Origin: a virus
Length of the DNA: 64,000 nt
IMG/VR virus record: IMGVR_UViG_3300030104_004245
Coordinates: 32,001-96,000 of that record
Reading direction: 5' to 3' (one strand)
Shown: piece by piece, positions 18,618 through 29,380 of the stretch
How positions within the stretch are numbered: the first letter of the stretch is position 1
Layout: each line of letters starts with the position of its first letter
Made by a program: the position numbers and the translations under genes
The notes under the pieces: generated by a model
Database searches by the model: none
What the model saw: only the letters and a program-made list of their open reading frames with translations
Told to the model about the DNA's origin: nothing

Positions 18618-19300
18618 TGGCACAATCAGTATTAGTTATAGCTGACTCCGGGTCAGGTAAATCAACATCAATTAGGGACTTAGAACCTAAAGAGACATTT
18701 ATTATTAACATTGCTAATAAACCTCTACCATTTAAAGGATGGAAGAAAAATTATACAGTAATTGGTAAAGATAATTTAAAAGGAAACATGACAGCAGTGT
18801 CTAGTTCTGCAGGAATTATTAAAGCCATGATGCATGTTAATGATAAAATGCCTCATATAAAAAATCTAGTAATAGATGATTGGCAATATATGTCAAGTTT
18901 TGAATATTTTGACAGAGCCAATGAAAAAGGATATGATAAATTCACTCAAATTGCAGCTAATTTAGCACAAGTAGCTAAATTACCTAAAGATATGAGAGAT
19001 GATTTATATATATTCTTTTTGACACACTCTGAAGAATCAACAGATGTGAATGGACATAGAAAAGTTAAAGCAAAAACTATTGGTAAAATGATAGACAACA
19101 CTTTAACTTTAGAAGGTTTATTCTCTATAGTTTTATTTGGCAAAGTAGTCAAAGATGAAAATGATAAGTTAAGTTATGTATTTGAAACAGTTAATAATGG
19201 AGAAAATACTTGTAAATCACCAGACGGTATGTTTGATGATGCACGTATAGATAATTCATTAAAAGTTGTTAAAGATGCAATTATTGAATATGAAAATTAA
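18617..19300 (+). CDS. AAA_24/Sak4-like ATPase
   Basis: ADSGSGKS Walker A, LVIDD Walker B, KTIGKM, KSP.GMF. Confidence 0.85.
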   Translation: MAQSVLVIADSGSGKSTSIRDLEPKETFIINIANKPLPFKGWKKNYTVIGKDNLKGNMTAVSSSAGIIKAMMHVNDKMPHIKNLVIDDWQYMSSFEYFDRANEKGYDKFTQIAANLAQVAKLPKDMRDDLYIFFLTHSEESTDVNGHRKVKAKTIGKMIDNTLTLEGLFSIVLFGKVVKDENDKLSYVFETVNNGENTCKSPDGMFDDARIDNSLKVVKDAIIEYEN

Positions 19301-19307
19301 TTAAAAG

Positions 19308-20027
19308 ATGAACGAAACAAATTTAAAAAATAAAGTTATGTTAAATACTAAAGACATGTCTGCAGGAAGTGGACGAACTAAACCAGTTTTAGAACCAGGT
19401 AATCATGAAATAAAAATTAATTCTATTACCTTAGATCAAACACCGTATGATGCTGATTCATACAATATACATTTACACGTAGAAACACAACCAGTTGGTG
19501 GTGATTTTGAAGGTTTCTTTAGAGATTATAATAATCAATCATTAGGTAGATATGATGGTCAAGTTGGAAGAGTAAGAATAAGTCCTTTTCCATTTAAAGA
19601 CACTACATTACCAAGTGGTAGAGAAATTAGTAGAGATCAAGAGATTCTAAAACATATGATTACTCTTGCTGAAACATTAGATATGAGAGATGGATTAGAT
19701 TCTATTGAAGCAGAAACTATAGAAAAGTTTATGACTGAATGTAATACTTTATTTACAGGTGAAAAAGGCTCTAAGTTTATAAATATGTGTATAGGTGGCC
19801 GTGAATGGGAAAATAAAGAAGGTTATGTAAATAATGATCTTTTCTTACCACGTATATCTAAAGATGGTATTGCAATGGAAGCAGTAGATGCAGAAAACTC
19901 TAGATTACTTAAGTTTGATCGTGCTATGCATGTAAAAGCTTTAGTTAAGAAAAGTGTTAATCCAAATGGTGCTGAAGAAATACCATTTAAAGCAGACTCA
20001 GGATCAGGTTCTGATTTTGAGCTTTAA
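19308..20027 (+). CDS. Putative single-stranded DNA-binding protein
   Basis: Follows the Sak4-like ATPase; PG.H...I start and aromatic/acidic tail SDFEL. Confidence 0.55.
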   Translation: MNETNLKNKVMLNTKDMSAGSGRTKPVLEPGNHEIKINSITLDQTPYDADSYNIHLHVETQPVGGDFEGFFRDYNNQSLGRYDGQVGRVRISPFPFKDTTLPSGREISRDQEILKHMITLAETLDMRDGLDSIEAETIEKFMTECNTLFTGEKGSKFINMCIGGREWENKEGYVNNDLFLPRISKDGIAMEAVDAENSRLLKFDRAMHVKALVKKSVNPNGAEEIPFKADSGSGSDFEL

Positions 20028-20054
20028 TAATTATATTAATTATTAAGTTAACAG

Positions 20055-20090
20055 GAAGAAGGGAGGTTTAATCAAGTACCTCCCTTTTTC
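20055..20090 (+). terminator. Intrinsic terminator
   Basis: GAAGAAGGGAGGT...ACCTCCCTTTTTC. Confidence 0.65.
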
Positions 20091-20098
20091 TATTAGCC

Positions 20099-21052
20099 AT
20101 GATAAGTACAAAGAATCTCATATTAGATGGATCTAAAGTTCCAAGTACATGGGTGTTTGAGTTCTATCTGGATTTACCAGAAAGACTAAACGGACAGAAT
20201 GTACAGATTAAATCTGTATTTCATCCTACTGAAAGAACTCCAAGCATGTGGGTATTTGTGGACAAAGGTCAATATAAATTCAAAGATTTTTCAACCGGTA
20301 AAGGTGGTAATAAAATTGATTTAGTTAAAGAACTATTTAGTGTAGATTATTCTAAAGCAGTATTTAAAATAGGTCAAGATTATAATAAATTTATCACAGA
20401 AAAAGGTGAATATTCTCAATCTACTATAAAACCAGAAGCTAAATATAAAGTTGATAGTGTAAAAATAAGAAATTGGAATAAATATGATAAAAGATTTTGG
20501 TTACAGTTTAATATAGGTGAAGATATATTATATAAATATAATGTAAAACCACTTGAATTTTACCATATGGTTAAAGAAGATAACAAGATAACTATCCAAC
20601 AACCTTATATATATGGTTACTTTACTAAGAATGAAATTTATAAGATTTATCAACCAAGAAATAAGAAGTTTAAATTTATCAAAGTTAAACCTCATCTTCA
20701 AGGTATAGATCAATTAGAATATAAACAACCTTATCTTGTTATATGTTCTTCTTTGAAAGATGCAATGTGTTTAAAACAATTTGGATATAATATTGAAGTT
20801 ATTGCACCTGACTCAGAGAATACTATGATAAAACCATATATTATTGAAAATCTTAAGAAAAAGTATGAAAAAGTTGTAACTTTATTTGATAATGATGTTG
20901 CCGGACATGCAGCTGTAAATAAATATTTACTGCATTTTAACATAAAAGGCACATGGTTAGACAGTAGCAAAGACATTGCTGATCTTGTAAAAGAGAAAGG
21001 TTTTGATGCTGCTCATAAAGAAATTAAAGTTAAACTTAAAAATGTTTTATGA
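20099..21052 (+). CDS. DNA primase (TOPRIM)
   Basis: ERTPS...FKDFSTG N-terminal region, SSLKDAM, LFDND..G and KDIAD. Confidence 0.85.
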   Translation: MISTKNLILDGSKVPSTWVFEFYLDLPERLNGQNVQIKSVFHPTERTPSMWVFVDKGQYKFKDFSTGKGGNKIDLVKELFSVDYSKAVFKIGQDYNKFITEKGEYSQSTIKPEAKYKVDSVKIRNWNKYDKRFWLQFNIGEDILYKYNVKPLEFYHMVKEDNKITIQQPYIYGYFTKNEIYKIYQPRNKKFKFIKVKPHLQGIDQLEYKQPYLVICSSLKDAMCLKQFGYNIEVIAPDSENTMIKPYIIENLKKKYEKVVTLFDNDVAGHAAVNKYLLHFNIKGTWLDSSKDIADLVKEKGFDAAHKEIKVKLKNVL

Positions 21053-21456
21053 AGTGGTTTATACCAGGTAACGTTCCAAGTAGTAAAAATGGAAGAAGAT
21101 GGACAGGAAGATATTTTGTGTCCAGCAAAGCAACAACTAAATATAGAAAAGCAACAGCTAAGTACTATGATCAGTTTAGAAAAGGCTTTAGGAAGCAATT
21201 ATCTAAACTAGAATTACCGGTAAAAATATCATTTAAGTTCATCAGAGGATCTAAGCATAAGTTTGATTATATTAATCCTGCACAGACAGTGCAAGATGAT
21301 ATGGTTAAACATCATTGGATAGATGATGATAATTGTGAAAACATTCTACCTGTATTTGAACCTTATGAATATGATAAGGAGAATCCAGGCGTAGAAATTA
21401 AGTTAATTAAAAATGGAAACAAAACTAAAAAGAAACCTAGCAGTTCAAGTGATTAA
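21049..21456 (+). CDS. RusA-like Holliday junction resolvase
   Basis: VPSSKN, FDYIN, VQDDM, IDDD. Confidence 0.7.
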   Translation: MKWFIPGNVPSSKNGRRWTGRYFVSSKATTKYRKATAKYYDQFRKGFRKQLSKLELPVKISFKFIRGSKHKFDYINPAQTVQDDMVKHHWIDDDNCENILPVFEPYEYDKENPGVEIKLIKNGNKTKKKPSSSSD

Positions 21457-21787
21457 AGATCACAATATATCAAAAATAGAAATAGATTATAGTGGTGGTG
21501 GTGATGACGGATGTTTAGATGCAGTTAGATATGAAGACATTAATGGTAATAATATTGATGTTAAATTAGATGGTGAAGTAGAAGCAGAATGGGATGACTT
21601 ACTATATAATATGTTAAGTGAAAACATAGAGTGGGATTGGATTAACAATGATGGAGGATACGGTCAAATGACAATTGATTGTACAAAAACTCCATGGAAA
21701 GTTAATATTAATCACACACAACGTGTTTGTGAAGATCATTATTATGATTGTGATTTTGATACTGAAGATAAACAACATTTCTTTTAA
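21413..21787 (+). CDS. DUF6878-like protein
   Basis: YSGGGDDG and DWINNDGGYG motifs. Confidence 0.7.
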   Translation: METKLKRNLAVQVIKDHNISKIEIDYSGGGDDGCLDAVRYEDINGNNIDVKLDGEVEAEWDDLLYNMLSENIEWDWINNDGGYGQMTIDCTKTPWKVNINHTQRVCEDHYYDCDFDTEDKQHFF

Positions 21788-22134
21788 TGGCACACCCAAA
21801 TATTCATGCCAAATCTTCTGTAAAGAAGTTTGGTGGGTGTCCTGATGATTACATACATATACATAACTGGTTAGATGCAACAAAAAGTTGGGTGGGCAAT
21901 CACTTACACAGAATGTTTCGTCATCACAGTGAAGGTATATTTGAATGTGAAAGAAAATTTGGGCCAGTATTTAAAAATTCAGATGGTAAACCTGTTTATA
22001 CAAGATATGTTGCAGAGCAGCATGTAAGAGAGGATTGTAATAACTACATTCCCTCTGCAAAAGAATGGTTGGACAATATACACAAGGAAAAACTACCCTT
22101 GTGGATGATTAAAACAATGAAAATCAATGATTAG
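21787..22134 (+). CDS. DUF6915-like His-rich protein
   Basis: MAHP..HAKSS.KKFGG..DY..IH.W.D...HR..RHH.EG...EQHV.ED. Confidence 0.75.
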   Translation: MAHPNIHAKSSVKKFGGCPDDYIHIHNWLDATKSWVGNHLHRMFRHHSEGIFECERKFGPVFKNSDGKPVYTRYVAEQHVREDCNNYIPSAKEWLDNIHKEKLPLWMIKTMKIND

Positions 22135-22549
22135 TTTAAAAGAATATAAAAAATTAAGAGAACTCCTCCACGGATCTGATGAAGATTATAACGTAGGCTG
22201 TGAGAATATAAAAAACATGAAAGAAGTAACATCTATTACAAAAATGCTATTTGCTAAATCTTTAATGTTTGGTAAAAGGCAAGACTTTTGTGAAAAGTTT
22301 AAAATAGACTACCATAGTGTTAAAGAATGGAATGATATGTTTAAAGATCTTAATGATACTTTAGGTATAAGAATTGAACAAGAAATTATAGAGTTTGAAG
22401 TACACAAACAGATGCTTCCTGTCTTTACAAGTACTTGGAAGTTTATTAAAAATGTTAAAATTGAACTTGATTGGGATCATCAGAAACCAATTGAACCAGT
22501 TAGTAAAGAAGAACAACGTGAAATAGACAATATAGCAAATAATTTATAA
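22127..22549 (+). CDS. Hypothetical protein
   Basis: 140 aa ORF in operon. Confidence 0.7.
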   Translation: MISLKEYKKLRELLHGSDEDYNVGCENIKNMKEVTSITKMLFAKSLMFGKRQDFCEKFKIDYHSVKEWNDMFKDLNDTLGIRIEQEIIEFEVHKQMLPVFTSTWKFIKNVKIELDWDHQKPIEPVSKEEQREIDNIANNL

Positions 22550-23715
22550 TGGATATACAAGATAAACTAGCAAGAGCTTGTAAGTCACTAATATTAAGAG
22601 AGCCCTTTTATGGGCTCTTTTTAATTGGACTTAACAAGAAAATAAGAAAAGACGTCCCAACAGCGGGTGTCAGTAAAAATGGTATAGGTATACAATTATC
22701 TATTAACCCGGATTTCTTTATGGGAATACCAGATGAGCACCAGATAGGTCTACTTAAACATGAACTACTGCACGTTTCATTTGGGCATCTTATGATGAGA
22801 GACTCTTATCCTAACAAGAAGTTGTTTAATATTGCTGCAGATCTTGAGATCAATCAGTATATAAGTACAAGCATGCTTCCTGAAGGTGGATTAACTTTAG
22901 ATAGTTTTCCTGAGTTAAAATTACCAAAGAAAGCCGGTACTAAAAAGTATTATGATTTATTAGAACAAGAATGCAAGGATAATCCTTGTCAGTCACTAGA
23001 ATCTATACTTGATCAAATGGATGGTGACAGTCAATATGATCATAAAACATGGGAAGAGTTTGAAGATCTTACAGAAGCAGAGAAGAAGTTAGTTGAAAGA
23101 CAAATTGAGCATCAACTAAAAGAAACTGCAGAACAAACTGAAAAAAGAAGAGGAAATATTCCAGGTGAATTAGCTGAATTAATTAGTAAGCTAAGAACCG
23201 TGCTCCCTCCATCATTTGATTGGAAGGGCTATTTAAAAAGATTTGTGGGTAACTCCGTGTTTACTTTCACAAAGAAGTTGAGAAGAAAATTCAACAAAAG
23301 GTATACAGATAATCCAGGTCTAAAGATAAAACACAAAAATCATATATTGATTGGTGTTGATACTTCAGCATCTGTTAACACGAAGGAACTAGAACATTTT
23401 ATGAGTGAAATGGTTCATGTTCAGAAAACGGGACATCAAATAACTGTAGCACAATGTGACACAGGTATAAGTGATATATCCCCTTTTAATAGTAAACAGG
23501 ATTGGCAAATAAAAGGTAGAGGAGGTACAGACTTCCAGCCGGTTATTGACCACTTCAATGAGATGAGAGGTAGATATACTGCCCTTATATATTTAACAGA
23601 TGGTGAAGCACCAGCTCCAGAGAACTGCCCAAAGAACACATTATGGGTTCTTAGTGCAGATTCTAATTGGACTGATCATTTACCAGGAAAAACAATTCAA
23701 TTAAACACACATTAA
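22549..23715 (+). CDS. DUF2201-type metallopeptidase + VWA domain protein
   Basis: HELLH, NIAADLEIN, VDTSAS, GRGGTDF, LTDG. Confidence 0.9.
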   Translation: MDIQDKLARACKSLILREPFYGLFLIGLNKKIRKDVPTAGVSKNGIGIQLSINPDFFMGIPDEHQIGLLKHELLHVSFGHLMMRDSYPNKKLFNIAADLEINQYISTSMLPEGGLTLDSFPELKLPKKAGTKKYYDLLEQECKDNPCQSLESILDQMDGDSQYDHKTWEEFEDLTEAEKKLVERQIEHQLKETAEQTEKRRGNIPGELAELISKLRTVLPPSFDWKGYLKRFVGNSVFTFTKKLRRKFNKRYTDNPGLKIKHKNHILIGVDTSASVNTKELEHFMSEMVHVQKTGHQITVAQCDTGISDISPFNSKQDWQIKGRGGTDFQPVIDHFNEMRGRYTALIYLTDGEAPAPENCPKNTLWVLSADSNWTDHLPGKTIQLNTH

Positions 23716-23716
23716 A

Positions 23717-24979
23717 ATGGCACAAGTAAATTTAAATATAGATGAACTAAACGGTTTTGTAAACCATATAATAAAGAATAATAGATTTATTCAAGAACAA
23801 GGAAAAAATCCAGTTGCTGTAGAAGTAGTTGGTGAATCAGGTATAGGTAAAACTTCAGCTGTACTACAATTAGCTAAAGATAATGATTTAGATTTTGTTA
23901 AACTTAATTTAGCTCAGATAGAGGAATTAGGTGATTTAGTAGGTTTTCCTGTAAGACAATTTCAAATGTTTACTGAAAAACAAGTTACAAAGAAGATTGA
24001 TGATCTTAATTATACAGTAGCTCAAAGAGCTGCAGCATCTGCACAAGTTGCAAATGCTTCTATGACTAAGAAAGTTGGACAATGGGTTGATGAACTAGCA
24101 GTTGAAGAGTATCTTAGAAAAGGATGGAAGATGACCGGTAAGAATAGAATGTCTTATTGTGCACCAGAATGGATTGCAGACAAAAAGAAAGGAGGTATAC
24201 TTCTTCTTGATGACTGGAACCGTGCTGATGTTAGATTTATTCAAGCAGTAATGGAGCTGGTTGACAGACAACAGTATATTTCTTGGACATTACCTGAAGA
24301 TTGGCACATAATTTTAACTTCAAATCCAGATAACGGTGATTATATGGTTAACAGTGTGGATTCTGCACAAAAAACTAGATATATCACTGCTAATCTAAAG
24401 TTTGATGTAAACGTATGGGCAAGATGGGCTGAAGAGCAGCATATTGACACTCGTTGTATTAACTTCTTATTACTTCATCCTGAATTAGTTAACAAAGAAA
24501 CAAATGCAAGGGCTATAACAGCATTCTTCAATTCTATTTCAAGTTTTGAAAAATTTGAAGATGACCTGAGCATGATCCAAATGATTGGTGAAGGTTCAGT
24601 TGGGGACACGTTTGCTTCTATGTTTACTACGTTTATTAACAACAAGCTGGACAAGCTGGTCACGCCTAAAGATATGTTGACACATGAAAACCAAGATTGG
24701 GTTATTGGAGAACTAAATAGTGTTCTAGGAAAAGGTGACACATATAGAGCAGATATTGCATCTACTCTTGCAACAAGGTTGGCTAACTATTCAGTTGTTT
24801 ATGCTAATGAAAATACTGTAACACCAAAGATAAATGAAAGATTAATAGCATTATGCACAAAAGATGTATTTGCTAATGATCTAAAATATCTTATTGTTAG
24901 AACTATTTTCAACGGTAATAAAACTAAGTTTAACAAAATGATGATGAATCCAGAAATCATCAAGATGACAATGAAATAA
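23717..24979 (+). CDS. MoxR-like AAA+ ATPase
   Basis: GESGIGKT, ELGDLVGFP, LLLDDWNRA, TSNP; adjacent to the VWA partner. Confidence 0.85.
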   Translation: MAQVNLNIDELNGFVNHIIKNNRFIQEQGKNPVAVEVVGESGIGKTSAVLQLAKDNDLDFVKLNLAQIEELGDLVGFPVRQFQMFTEKQVTKKIDDLNYTVAQRAAASAQVANASMTKKVGQWVDELAVEEYLRKGWKMTGKNRMSYCAPEWIADKKKGGILLLDDWNRADVRFIQAVMELVDRQQYISWTLPEDWHIILTSNPDNGDYMVNSVDSAQKTRYITANLKFDVNVWARWAEEQHIDTRCINFLLLHPELVNKETNARAITAFFNSISSFEKFEDDLSMIQMIGEGSVGDTFASMFTTFINNKLDKLVTPKDMLTHENQDWVIGELNSVLGKGDTYRADIASTLATRLANYSVVYANENTVTPKINERLIALCTKDVFANDLKYLIVRTIFNGNKTKFNKMMMNPEIIKMTMK

Positions 24980-24980
24980 G

Positions 24981-26039
24981 ATGAGTAAAGTTTATAATTG
25001 TACTTTGGGTGCTATTAAAGAGCAGTTAGAAGACTTTGGTTTAGATGGGCAGCCTGTATATCAGGTTGCTCTATCTAGACAAAGTTGGGATATGGGTCAA
25101 GCCATATTCTCTGATCTAAATAACACTTATAAAGTATTTCAGAGATATTTTAATGATGAGATAGATGTAGTAGATCTAACTCAATATAAAAAAGCTTTTG
25201 TGTTTCCAGGATGCCCGGTATCACTACCTAGGTTAAAGGAAGCATTAAGAGAGCACAAAATCACTGTAACAAATGATTTTAGTAAAGCTGATTTCTTTGT
25301 AACCCATAACGAATGGAGTAAATACCATAGTGATGGTGAGTCAATTAGAACTAACACCATGATGTTTAAAGCTATGAACTATGAAGCTATGGATATTAGT
25401 GCAAGTGAGAACTTAGCTCTTAAAAATGAAGAGCCAAATGTTGATCCTGCTATTCAAATTGTATTTGATGATAAGATGGCAGAGACATATAGTAGAAATA
25501 GTTTAGATTATGAAGCTGATTTGTATGAAAAATGGGTATTTACACCATTAGCTATACAAATTGCATATCGTATTAGACATGAACAAATACCGGTTATATA
25601 TGCTGAAACATGTTTAAATGAGTCAGCAAATAAAACAGTTCTTGATGAACAACTATTAGATGATGTTATTAGAATGATTCAACATGGTAGTGAAGAAGAA
25701 AGAGAAATGGTTAAAAAAATTGTACCAGCTATTGACTATAGAAAGAAAAAACATCTTCTATGGAAACTAGCAAAAGAGACAAGTGGTTATATGTATAGGT
25801 TTAATAGAGATAAAGATTTAAATTATTGGGCAGATAAAGCTCGGTTTCATACATATGGACGCCATAATGCTGAGGACATGATTAAACAGTTAGAGGAAGA
25901 AGAATGTCTTGATGCAGAATCATTTAGATATCTTGAACCTATTGTTCGTAAAGAGATTAGTATTAATAATAGAGAACTATATACCTTTAAAGTGCAAGTT
26001 AAAGAGGAGTATAGAAAATATTTAAAAATTAAAAAATGA
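24981..26039 (+). CDS. Hypothetical protein (probable paralog of next gene)
   Basis: 352 aa; shares the F.FP...L...T.D...AD segment with the next gene. Confidence 0.75.
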   Translation: MSKVYNCTLGAIKEQLEDFGLDGQPVYQVALSRQSWDMGQAIFSDLNNTYKVFQRYFNDEIDVVDLTQYKKAFVFPGCPVSLPRLKEALREHKITVTNDFSKADFFVTHNEWSKYHSDGESIRTNTMMFKAMNYEAMDISASENLALKNEEPNVDPAIQIVFDDKMAETYSRNSLDYEADLYEKWVFTPLAIQIAYRIRHEQIPVIYAETCLNESANKTVLDEQLLDDVIRMIQHGSEEEREMVKKIVPAIDYRKKKHLLWKLAKETSGYMYRFNRDKDLNYWADKARFHTYGRHNAEDMIKQLEEEECLDAESFRYLEPIVRKEISINNRELYTFKVQVKEEYRKYLKIKK

Positions 26040-27304
26040 CAGATTTAAAACAAATATGGTTAATTAGTATTGACCCAAGTAAAGTAGATAAAGTAAGTAA
26101 CGCTTTGGTAATGCAAAATGGTAGTGTTAAAGTAAAACAATTGGGTCATTATATAGAATCAGGTGATAATAGTGGTAGGTATAGAAATAAAACTAATAAC
26201 ACAAAGATTAAAGAAATAATGGATGATATTCCTACTATTACATCTGATGATCTTAAAAATGCCACGGCACTATTTAGATTTCCTAGACTTAGTTTATCAA
26301 GAGATAAGGTAAAAATACTACAAGAAAAGTTTGATCTTAAGTTGAAAAGAGATTTTCACCAGGCAGACTATGGTATTGTATCTGAAAAGTATTTTGATGG
26401 ATTATTTGTTACTAGATGGTTAGCATCAGCAGATCCTGCAGATGTACTTTCTTGGGCACAAGTTTATCAAGATTGTTTTGAAGAGGATCTTTTTGATGAA
26501 ATTGTAAATGAATTAAATAAGATACCTGCAGATGCTCATGTTGTATATGAATCAGAATGGTTTAGTTCATATTACCACGAGGGTGCTAGTAATCTTGATA
26601 GATATTCTAAGATGTCAGAAAAAGTAAGAAATGTAGGAGGTAGTAGTAAGTATCATTATTACATTGAATCATTAGATCAATGGAATGATATACAAGCTAA
26701 TTTACCTAAACTTGTTTGGGATAGTAATATTAATGAACTTGCTACAGAAGACTCTGAAGTATTAACAGAAGAAATGTATATACAACTTAAAACTATGCTT
26801 GGTTGGGAAAAGACCGAAAGTGGTTGTGGTTGGCAAGGTACTAGAGACAAAGAGAATATGAATCTAGCTTTGAGCATTATTGCTAATTGTAATATTCAAA
26901 AGTCTCATACATATTTAGCACTATTATTTTCATTCTTAAGTGACTCTATGAAAGATTCATCTGTTTGGAATACTGTTAACTTTAAGTCCGTAAGGAAGAA
27001 GTTTGAAAAGTATATACAAATGAATGGTTGGAACTGGTGTCATAATTATAATTATTTAATTGAATATTTAGTTAAAGATAATGCATTAACTAAAATTGCT
27101 TGGAAAGAAGTTGCTCAAAAAATGTATGATGATGTATTGTCATCTCAAATGGGTGTTGATAGTAAAAATGTATTTAGTATCAGTCCTGAGAGTATCCAAT
27201 TAAAACCGGAACTTAAAAAAAGAGTAATGCCAAGTCAAGAAGATCTACAATATATGGAAGATCTTGTTGATATGCACACTGAATCACATGATTATGCAAG
27301 ATAA
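26036..27304 (+). CDS. Hypothetical protein (probable paralog of previous gene)
   Basis: 422 aa; ATGA coupled. Confidence 0.75.
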   Translation: MTDLKQIWLISIDPSKVDKVSNALVMQNGSVKVKQLGHYIESGDNSGRYRNKTNNTKIKEIMDDIPTITSDDLKNATALFRFPRLSLSRDKVKILQEKFDLKLKRDFHQADYGIVSEKYFDGLFVTRWLASADPADVLSWAQVYQDCFEEDLFDEIVNELNKIPADAHVVYESEWFSSYYHEGASNLDRYSKMSEKVRNVGGSSKYHYYIESLDQWNDIQANLPKLVWDSNINELATEDSEVLTEEMYIQLKTMLGWEKTESGCGWQGTRDKENMNLALSIIANCNIQKSHTYLALLFSFLSDSMKDSSVWNTVNFKSVRKKFEKYIQMNGWNWCHNYNYLIEYLVKDNALTKIAWKEVAQKMYDDVLSSQMGVDSKNVFSISPESIQLKPELKKRVMPSQEDLQYMEDLVDMHTESHDYAR

Positions 27305-28286
27305 AATTAAAGAAGGCTTGTTTTACAAGGAAGAGTTTAACTTCAGTTACTCTTCCTTAAACAGGTTATTATTTTCACCAAAACTTTTTTATAAAGATTA
27401 TATCCTTAAAGAAAGGGAAACCAAAATGGAAAAACATCTAATAGAAGGTAGGTTAATACACCTGCTACTATTAGAACCAAATAGGTTTGAAGAAGAATTT
27501 GTTATGTCACCATTAAAAATGCCAACAGATTCAGTCAAAAAAGTATTAAGAAATGTCAGCAGTAAAATTGTTGACCCAAATAATTATATGAAGTTAAAAG
27601 ATTTAGATGTTCAGATACTAGAAGCTTTAAAAGAAGAGAACTTGTATCAATCATTTAAGGAAGACCAAAAAAGATTAGATAAAATAATAACAGAAGAGAG
27701 TGAAGCGTATTTTAAATTCTTACAAACAACAGGTAAAACTATAATTGATGCAGATACATTTGCACGTTGTATGGATCGTGTTGTTATAATCCGGGCTAAT
27801 AATGAAGTAAATAACTTATTGATGGAAGAAGGCACTGATTGGGATTTAGATCATATTCAAGTATACAATGAAAAGAAATTAGAGTGTAAATTAAATAACT
27901 ATAAATTTGGATTAAAAGGTATAATAGATAAATATATAATAGATGATGAAGAAAAGACAATAACCATTGTAGATCTTAAAACAACAGCAAAACCATTAGA
28001 AAATTTTGCTGAAACAGTAGATTTTTACAATTATTGGTTACAAGCGGCTGTATATTCACTACTTGTCATGAAAAATGTTGATGAAAATCAACAAGATTAC
28101 AAAATTATTTTTAAATTTGTTGTGATAGACAAGTATGACCAGGTCTACGTCTTTCCTGTATCGGAAGAAACCTTACTAAAATGGACAAACGGATTAAGAG
28201 AAGCATTAACTGAAGCAAATTATCATTACAGTGAAAGAAAATATGAACTGCCATATGTATTTGCTAACGGTAATGTAACCTTATGA
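27288..28286 (+). CDS. PD-(D/E)xK exonuclease (RecE/ExoVIII-like)
   Basis: SYSSL, GRLIH, KGIID, VDLKT, YWLQAAVY; start at ATG 27288 or 27294. Confidence 0.85.
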   Translation: MIMQDKIKEGLFYKEEFNFSYSSLNRLLFSPKLFYKDYILKERETKMEKHLIEGRLIHLLLLEPNRFEEEFVMSPLKMPTDSVKKVLRNVSSKIVDPNNYMKLKDLDVQILEALKEENLYQSFKEDQKRLDKIITEESEAYFKFLQTTGKTIIDADTFARCMDRVVIIRANNEVNNLLMEEGTDWDLDHIQVYNEKKLECKLNNYKFGLKGIIDKYIIDDEEKTITIVDLKTTAKPLENFAETVDFYNYWLQAAVYSLLVMKNVDENQQDYKIIFKFVVIDKYDQVYVFPVSEETLLKWTNGLREALTEANYHYSERKYELPYVFANGNVTL

Positions 28287-28843
28287 AAAAAATTTATGCA
28301 GATTATTTCCAAAAGAGCAAAGTATTCTTATACCCTTTGATAGGAATAAAAAAGGGTGTAAGATTCGTGCCTATAGAAACATATATAGAGTGGGATCAAT
28401 TAAACAATCCTAATACTTTGTATTGTTTATACATGGTTCCTAAAAAAGAACAAGACAAAAAAGTATTTCAAGTATTTATTGAAATGCATGTAAAAAATAG
28501 AGAATTTTTTGATCAATATTTTTATTTAAATAATGATAAATATATTCTTTGTAGTTTTAATTTAAGTTTATTCAAAAAAGATTTAAAAAAATTTAGAAAT
28601 GGAAAGTATTCAGAATTTTCAGAATACACCAAAAATATTATTATTAAATTTTTTGGAAATAAAGGAACAATTTCTGAATATATTGAAAGTTATTTATATC
28701 CTGAATATTATCATGAAACATATTCTAAAATATTAAACATTGATGTAAGTGTTTTAAAAGAAGTAAATGAATTGTGTGATATACCAGATATAGCTAGAGA
28801 AACTTTTATAAAAGAATCAATTGAAATTAAATTATTTAAATAA
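28283..28843 (+). CDS. Hypothetical protein
   Basis: KSKVFLYP and F.NGKYSEFS motifs, recalled from proteins following exonucleases in crAss-like phages. Confidence 0.7.
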   Translation: MKKIYADYFQKSKVFLYPLIGIKKGVRFVPIETYIEWDQLNNPNTLYCLYMVPKKEQDKKVFQVFIEMHVKNREFFDQYFYLNNDKYILCSFNLSLFKKDLKKFRNGKYSEFSEYTKNIIIKFFGNKGTISEYIESYLYPEYYHETYSKILNIDVSVLKEVNELCDIPDIARETFIKESIEIKLFK

Positions 28844-28849
28844 ATATTA

Positions 28850-28857
28850 TATATTTG
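28850..28857 (+). promoter_or_regulatory. Bacteroidota-type -7 element
   Basis: TATATTTG 22 nt before ATG 28880. Confidence 0.55.
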
Positions 28858-28879
28858 TGTTTTTAAAATATTATTAATT

Positions 28880-29317
28880 ATGAGTATAGGAAAAAATATG
28901 ATTATTGTAAATGCTCCAGATTTTCAGAGCATGGAAAAATCTTTTAAGTTAGTCCCTATAACAATGGACTGCCCTTATGTTGAATGTTTATTTTCAGCAA
29001 AAGATAAAGTTTTAGCTGTTATAAGTAAGACTATGAAACAAACTTATCACATGGTCCCTAAGTTAGATGACAATGGAGATCAAGTACCTGTTAAAGGTAA
29101 AAGGCCTGGAAACAAGCCACCATACAAAGAAGAGAGGAGATTAGTAGATACATTTTCAGAATTCTACTTAATGACTCCTGAAGAAATTAATGGATTTATT
29201 GAATCATTTGCAGTTAATGCAAAAGAATTTGATTATAAGTCTTTTACACAACCAAAAGAAGACAAAGAAAAAATCATTCAAATGAAAAAACCTGATTTAG
29301 TAACTAAACCAGAATAA
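28880..29317 (+). CDS. Hypothetical protein
   Basis: 145 aa ORF. Confidence 0.75.
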   Translation: MSIGKNMIIVNAPDFQSMEKSFKLVPITMDCPYVECLFSAKDKVLAVISKTMKQTYHMVPKLDDNGDQVPVKGKRPGNKPPYKEERRLVDTFSEFYLMTPEEINGFIESFAVNAKEFDYKSFTQPKEDKEKIIQMKKPDLVTKPE

Positions 29318-29380
29318 GTTTGGTCAACTATAATGACTTTGTTTTGAGTGGGCCTTAGATCAGCCTTAATGATCTTTTCT

